Origin: Clostridia bacterium DTU025
GTDB lineage: Bacteria; Bacillota; DTU025
NCBI GenBank assembly: GCA_001513145.1
Contig: LFSP01000032.1
Location: 20,088 to 84,087, forward strand
Length of the DNA stretch: 64,000 bases
Direction of reading: 5' to 3'
The notes under the pieces were generated by a model. It was not told where the DNA came from. It did no database searches and saw only the letters and a program-made list of their open reading frames with translations. Shown here piece after piece: positions 59,529 to 64,000 of the stretch. The position numbers and the translations under genes are program-made. Every line of letters begins with the position of its first letter. The first letter of the stretch is position 1.

Positions 59529-60029
59529 CTACCTCGCTACTTCCTCGACCGACTTGCCGCGCATCTGGGCGACCTCGGCTGCCGTTCGCATGGACAATAG
59601 CCCCTGAAGGGTGGCGTAGGCCATGTTCAGCGGGTTGTTCGACCCAAGCGACTTGCTGAGGATGTCGCGGTACCCTGCCAGTTCCAGCACTGCCCTGACG
59701 GCCCCGCCGGCGATCAAGCCAGTTCCAGGGCCCGCGGGCTTAAGCATAACACATCCGGCCCCGAATGTCGCGGTCACCTCGTGCGGCACCGTAGTGCCGA
59801 CCATGGGCACTCGCACAAGATTCTTCTTTGCGTCATCGGCACCTTTCCTGATGGCCTCCGAAACCTCGTAGGCCTTGCCGATGCCTATCCCCACGTGGCC
59901 CTGCTCGTCGCCGACGACCACCAGCGCCCTGAAGCTCCGCGTGCGGCCACCCTTGGTCGTCTTCGCCACGGGGTTGATGCTAACTACCTTTTCCTTGAGG
60001 TCCAAACCCTCAGGATTCACTCTTCCCAT
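59529..60029 (-). CDS. rpsE: 30S ribosomal protein S5.
   Basis: [29 protein letters not shown].... Confidence 0.9.
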   Translation of the reverse strand: MGRVNPEGLDLKEKVVSINPVAKTTKGGRTRSFRALVVVGDEQGHVGIGIGKAYEVSEAIRKGADDAKKNLVRVPMVGTTVPHEVTATFGAGCVMLKPAGPGTGLIAGGAVRAVLELAGYRDILSKSLGSNNPLNMAYATLQGLLSMRTAAEVAQMRGKSVEEVAR

Positions 60030-60045
60030 GATCTGCCCTCCCCCG

Positions 60046-60414
60046 TTAGAACTCCAGGCCCGCCTCGCGGGCTCCTTCAGCCAGAGCGGCCACTCTGCCG
60101 TGGAACAGGTTTCCGCCTCGGTCAAACACGACTCTGGTTATCCCCTTGGCCAGCGCCCTCTCTGCTATCACCTGGCCCACGTACTTGGCGGCAGCGATGT
60201 TGCCTCCGTAGCCCACCTTCGCCTTGATCTCAGGCTCTACCGTGGACGCCGCGACCAGAGTGTGGCCCTGCACATCATCGATGATCTGTGCGTAGATGTT
60301 GGCTAGGCTCCTGAACACCGCCAGCCTGGGCCTTTCAGGGGTGCCCTTCACGTGCTTGCGAATGCGCCTGTGGCGGCGGATGCGGGCCTCTTTCCTGTCA
60401 ACTCTGCTGTACAC
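60046..60414 (-). CDS. rplR: 50S ribosomal protein L18.
   Basis: ...[26 protein letters not shown].... Confidence 0.95.
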   Translation of the reverse strand: MYSRVDRKEARIRRHRRIRKHVKGTPERPRLAVFRSLANIYAQIIDDVQGHTLVAASTVEPEIKAKVGYGGNIAAAKYVGQVIAERALAKGITRVVFDRGGNLFHGRVAALAEGAREAGLEF

Positions 60415-60449
60415 TTCGAGTCGCTCCTTTCACTCTGCCAAAGGCGCGG

Positions 60450-61007
60450 TTACTTGCCGCCGCCCTTACCCATCTTGCCGGCCTTGCCCGCCTTGAGCGC
60501 CACGCGCTCGCCGGTGTACCGGATGCCCTTGCCGTGATAGGGCTCAGGCTTACGCACGGCACGGATGTTGGCGGCTGTCTGGCCCACCAGTTCCTTATCG
60601 AAGCCCTTCACGATGATCTTGTTGGGCGCCGGCACGTCGATGGTTATGCCCTCAGCCGGCACTATCTCCACAGGATGCGAGTATCCCACGTGAAGCACCA
60701 GGTTGGAGCCTTGCTTTATGGCCCTGTAACCAGTGCCCACTATGTCAAGGCTCTTCGAGAACCCCTTCGTCACGCCTTCCACCATGTTGGCGATGAGGGT
60801 CCTGGTGAGCCCATGCATTGCCCTGTGGATCCTGCCGTCCGACGGGCGAGTGACCAGGATCTCCGTGTCGCGGATCTCCACGCCGATGTCCGCTGGGAGT
60901 TCGCGGCTCATCGTTCCCTGTGGGCCCTTCACCGTGATCTGCCTGCCGTCGAGCTTGACGTCAACGCCGGCGGGCACAGCTATTGGCATTCTACCGATTC
61001 TCGACAT
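60450..61007 (-). CDS. rplF: 50S ribosomal protein L6.
   Basis: [31 protein letters not shown].... Confidence 0.9.
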   Translation of the reverse strand: MSRIGRMPIAVPAGVDVKLDGRQITVKGPQGTMSRELPADIGVEIRDTEILVTRPSDGRIHRAMHGLTRTLIANMVEGVTKGFSKSLDIVGTGYRAIKQGSNLVLHVGYSHPVEIVPAEGITIDVPAPNKIIVKGFDKELVGQTAANIRAVRKPEPYHGKGIRYTGERVALKAGKAGKMGKGGGK

Positions 61008-61018
61008 GTCTACAACAC

Positions 61019-61417
61019 CTACCACATGTAGCAGATGACCTCGCCGCCGAGGCCGGCTTCCCGTGCCTGACGGTCAGTCATGAGCCCGCGAGACGTTGAG
61101 ATAACGGCCACTCCCAAGCCGTTGAGAACCTTGGGGATCTCATCCTTCTTCACGTACACACGCAGCCCTGGCTTGCTGATGCGCTTCAGGCCACGGATGA
61201 CCCTCTGCTTGTTGGCGCCATACCTCATGGTCACCCTAAGCACGTTTTGCGTCTCGCCAGGCACAACGTCAAAGTCCTTGATGAAGCCCTCCTCTTTCAT
61301 GATTCGGGCTAGCTCCAGCTTTATGTTGGACGCGGGTATCTCGACGACCTCGTGGTACACGGTATTGGCGTTGCGTATCCTGGTAAGCATATCCGCAATC
61401 GGGTCTGTCAACACCAT
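61019..61417 (-). CDS. rpsH: 30S ribosomal protein S8.
   Basis: [18 protein letters not shown].... Confidence 0.95.
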   Translation of the reverse strand: MVLTDPIADMLTRIRNANTVYHEVVEIPASNIKLELARIMKEEGFIKDFDVVPGETQNVLRVTMRYGANKQRVIRGLKRISKPGLRVYVKKDEIPKVLNGLGVAVISTSRGLMTDRQAREAGLGGEVICYMW

Positions 61418-61451
61418 CGTCCTTTACCTCCTCTCGTGGCGTGCCCTGCTG

Positions 61452-61637
61452 TTACCAACTCGCCTTGGTCACGCCGGGGATCTCTCCCCTTGAGGCGAGG
61501 GTCCGGAAGCAGATCCTGCACATGTTGAACTTGCGCATATATGCCCGAGGCCTTCCGCAGAGCGGGCAGCGGTTGTATTTCCTCACTGCATACTTGGGCC
61601 CTTTGAGCCACTTCTGAACGAGACCTTTCCGTGCCAA
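61452..61637 (-). CDS. rpsN: 30S ribosomal protein S14 type Z (zinc-binding).
   Basis: ...[22 protein letters not shown].... Confidence 0.95.
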   Translation of the reverse strand: MARKGLVQKWLKGPKYAVRKYNRCPLCGRPRAYMRKFNMCRICFRTLASRGEIPGVTKASW

Positions 61638-61653
61638 GTATCTCCCCCCTCAC

Positions 61654-62202
61654 TTAATGGCTTACAGGGAGACCCATGAGCCGCAGCAGCTCGAGGCCTT
61701 CCTCATCGGTCTTGGCTGATGTGACGATGGTGATGTCCATCCCACGAACCTTGTCTACCTTGTCGTAATCGATCTCCGGGAACACCAGCTGCTCCTTGAG
61801 GCCGAGCGTGTAGTTGCCCCTGCCGTCCAGGGCGTTGGGGGACACGCCCCTGAAGTCTCTGATCCTGGGCAATGCCGCGTTGAACAGCTTATCCAGGAAG
61901 TAATACATCCTCGGGCCACGGAGAGTTACCTTGCAGCCGATGGGCATGCCGGCACGGACCTTGAAGGCCGCAATTGACCTCTTGGCCCTGGTGATCGCGG
62001 GCTTCTGCCCAGTTATCAGCATCATGTCGTTGGCCGCCGCCTCGAGAGCCTTCGGGTCCTGGATGGCATCGGAAACGCCCATGTTCACGTGGACCTTCAC
62101 GATGCGAGGCACCTGCATGACGTTCTTGTAGCCGAACTTCTCCTCGAGGGCGGGAACGACTTCGTTGTAGTACTTCTCCTTAAGCCTCGGAGTCCTGTCC
62201 AT
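61654..62202 (-). CDS. rplE: 50S ribosomal protein L5.
   Basis: [19 protein letters not shown].... Confidence 0.95.
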   Translation of the reverse strand: MDRTPRLKEKYYNEVVPALEEKFGYKNVMQVPRIVKVHVNMGVSDAIQDPKALEAAANDMMLITGQKPAITRAKRSIAAFKVRAGMPIGCKVTLRGPRMYYFLDKLFNAALPRIRDFRGVSPNALDGRGNYTLGLKEQLVFPEIDYDKVDKVRGMDITIVTSAKTDEEGLELLRLMGLPVSH

Positions 62203-62232
62203 GTAAATGACCTCCTCCCGGCCTTACCTCTT

Positions 62233-62562
62233 CTACTTATCCAGCCCGGCCCCGCACTTCTTGCAGGTCCTCACGAACTTCCCGGGCTCCTTCTCCGCCA
62301 TACCGACCCTAGTGGGCTTGTTGCACTTGGAGCAGACCACCATGACCTTGCCTATCGGCATCGGCGCAGGGCGCTCGATGATGCCCCCCTGCGGGTTCTC
62401 GTTGGTGGGCCTGGTATGGCGCTTCACCAAGTTCAAGTTCTCCACAACTATCTTCTGTTCGCGCGGCAACACTCGAAGGACCTTGCCGCGCCTGCCCTTA
62501 TCCTTACCGGCGAGCACCAACACGGTGTCGCCCTTCTTGAACTTCTTCACTGAAACGGTCAC
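62233..62562 (-). CDS. rplX: 50S ribosomal protein L24.
   Basis: ...VKKFKKGDTVLVLAGKDKGRRGKV.... I chose a GTG start 9 nt after AAGGAGGT. Confidence 0.9.
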   Translation of the reverse strand: MTVSVKKFKKGDTVLVLAGKDKGRRGKVLRVLPREQKIVVENLNLVKRHTRPTNENPQGGIIERPAPMPIGKVMVVCSKCNKPTRVGMAEKEPGKFVRTCKKCGAGLDK

Positions 62563-62605
62563 CCTCGTCACACCTCCTTGCTGGACTGGTGGGCACACCC
62601 GTAAG

Positions 62606-62974
62606 CTATAGGACCTCCGGGGCGAGCGAGACGATCTTCATGTAGTTGCGATCCCTCAGCTCCCTCGCCACCGGCCCGAAGATGCGGGTGCCCCGAGGGT
62701 TGTTGTTGGTGTCGATGATCACTGCAGCGTTCTCGTCGAACCTGATGAAGGACCCGTCAGGCCGCCTGATCTCCTTCTTAGTGCGAACCACCACGGCCTT
62801 AACGACGTCGCCCTTCTTGACAACGCCTCCGGGCGTTGCCTCCTTAACAGTAGCAACGATAACGTCGCCGACGCTAGCGTAGCGCCTCATTCCCCCGCCG
62901 AGCACGCGGAAGCACATGACCTTCTTGGCGCCAGTATTGTCAGCCACGTTCAGCATGGTCTGAGCCTGAATCAC
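62606..62974 (-). CDS. rplN: 50S ribosomal protein L14.
   Basis: [21 protein letters not shown].... Confidence 0.95.
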   Translation of the reverse strand: MIQAQTMLNVADNTGAKKVMCFRVLGGGMRRYASVGDVIVATVKEATPGGVVKKGDVVKAVVVRTKKEIRRPDGSFIRFDENAAVIIDTNNNPRGTRIFGPVARELRDRNYMKIVSLAPEVL

Positions 62975-63004
62975 AGCGCGTCACTCCTTTAGACGGGGCC
63001 GTCG

Positions 63005-63265
63005 TTACTTGGCCTTCTCAACTATCTCCACAAGCCGCCAGTGCTTCTCCTTGGAGAGGGGCCTGGTCTCGGCTATGCGGACAACGTCGCCAACCCTGCT
63101 CTCGTTGTGCTCGTCGTGCACCTTCACCCTCTCGGTGCGCCTTACAGTCTTCCCGTAAAGGGGATGCCTGAAGGTGCGCTGAAGGGCTACCACGCGAGTC
63201 TTGTTCATGGCATCGCTAACCACGACGCCCTGCCGTTCCTTGCGTTGGCTTCTTGCATTCTCCAT
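63005..63265 (-). CDS. rpsQ: 30S ribosomal protein S17.
   Basis: ...[18 protein letters not shown].... Confidence 0.95.
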   Translation of the reverse strand: MENARSQRKERQGVVVSDAMNKTRVVALQRTFRHPLYGKTVRRTERVKVHDEHNESRVGDVVRIAETRPLSKEKHWRLVEIVEKAK

Positions 63266-63280
63266 CGCCTGGCCTCCTCT

Positions 63281-63484
63281 CTAGCGCCCTGCTATATTGA
63301 GCTCGCGTTCCCGCAGAACTGTCTTCACCACTGCAATGCTGCGCTTGACTTCAGTTATGCGGTGTGGATTCTCCAACTGGTTCGTGGCAAGCTGAAACCG
63401 TAGGTTGAAAAGCTCTTCCTTGAGGCCTGCCAGCTTCTTGTCGAGCTCCTCGTTGGATAGGCTTCTGAGCTCTTTAGCCTTCAT
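63281..63484 (-). CDS. rpmC: 50S ribosomal protein L29.
   Basis: [31 protein letters not shown].... Confidence 0.9.
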   Translation of the reverse strand: MKAKELRSLSNEELDKKLAGLKEELFNLRFQLATNQLENPHRITEVKRSIAVVKTVLRERELNIAGR

Positions 63485-63902
63485 CGGCGTCACCACCCGC
63501 TTCTTCCTTAGTGACGATCTTGGTCTTCAGCGGGAGCTTGTGCGACGCCAGGCGCAGCGCCTCGCGCGCGACATCCTCCGGAATGCCTCCCACTTCAAAC
63601 ATCACGCGTCCCGGCTTAACCACCGCGACCCAGTACTCCGGCGCGCCCTTGCCCGATCCCATACGGGTCTCCGCAGGCTTCCGGGTCACCGGCTTGTCGG
63701 GGAAGACCTTGATCCACATCTTGCCGCCGCGCCTGGTGTACCTGGTGATGGCGATACGCGCAGCCTCGATCTGGCGGCTGGTGACCCACGCCGGCTCCAG
63801 GGCCTGCAGCCCGAACTCGCCGTCAGTCACGGCGTTGCCCCGCGTGGCCTTGCCTCTCATCGTGCCCCGCTGCTGCTTGCGGAACTTAACCTTCTTCGGC
63901 AT
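63474..63902 (-). CDS. rplP: 50S ribosomal protein L16.
   Basis: [13 protein letters not shown].... Confidence 0.95.
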   Translation of the reverse strand: MPKKVKFRKQQRGTMRGKATRGNAVTDGEFGLQALEPAWVTSRQIEAARIAITRYTRRGGKMWIKVFPDKPVTRKPAETRMGSGKGAPEYWVAVVKPGRVMFEVGGIPEDVAREALRLASHKLPLKTKIVTKEEAGGDADEG

Positions 63903-63908
63903 CAACAT

Positions 63909-64000
63909 TTACTGAGCTCCTCCTCCCTGCCGCCTGTCACGGCCCTTCGTAGGGAGAACCTCACCCTTGTACACCCACACTTTGACGCCAATCTTGCCGT
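63909..64000 (-). CDS. rpsC: 30S ribosomal protein S3, C-terminal end only. The gene continues past the window edge.
   Basis: The minus-strand translation ends ...GKIGVKVWVYKGEVLPTKGRDRRQGGGAQ* immediately before the rplP start. Confidence 0.8.
   Translation of the reverse strand, partial: GKIGVKVWVYKGEVLPTKGRDRRQGGGAQ

Overview
This is a GC-rich bacterial chromosomal window. I judge roughly two-thirds G+C by eye and did not compute it. The gene content points to a spore-forming, high-GC Firmicute of the Clostridia type: dpaA is present, and the S10/spc/alpha ribosomal cluster has the Firmicutes layout rpoA-rplQ-ecfA1-ecfA2-ecfT-truA-rplM-rpsI. Most genes lie on the minus strand.

Gene content from left to right:
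- Replicative dnaE, running off the left edge of the window.
- An M29-like aminopeptidase, mgtE, a lipoprotein, and a tRNA-Gln/tRNA-Glu pair with a canonical sigma-A promoter and an intrinsic terminator.
- A long co-directional minus-strand cluster: folE2, an ABC-F ATPase, tldD/pmbA, aspartate aminotransferase, MTA phosphorylase and MTA/SAH deaminase.
- A ManC-PMM fusion, then dpaA followed by a translationally coupled Gid-family flavoprotein with no dpaB.
- A lemA-TPM pair.
- A BMP-type ABC importer, preceded by a second tldD/pmbA pair.
- An SOS mutasome cassette (imuB, an 83-aa ORF, dnaE2) behind a Cheo-box LexA operator.
- yigZ, alaX, an ABC-2 exporter and a zinc-ribbon mini-protein.
- An amidohydrolase and a large secreted phosphodiester-glycosidase-like protein.
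- The complete rpsI-to-rpsC ribosomal/secY/adk/map/infA/rpoA block. It includes rpmJ, which the ORF track missed.

The most notable observations:
- An in-frame TAG interrupts replicative dnaE at the conserved 'YSLLDG' Asp codon.
- The LexA-boxed imuB-orf83-dnaE2 cassette lacks imuA and carries an unknown small gene in the middle.
- dpaA is orphaned and coupled to a Cys-rich Gid-family flavoprotein.
- A roughly 70-nt structured intergenic repeat occurs three times.
- Two tldD/pmbA pairs lie within 20 kb.

No CRISPR array, transposase or integrase was seen.
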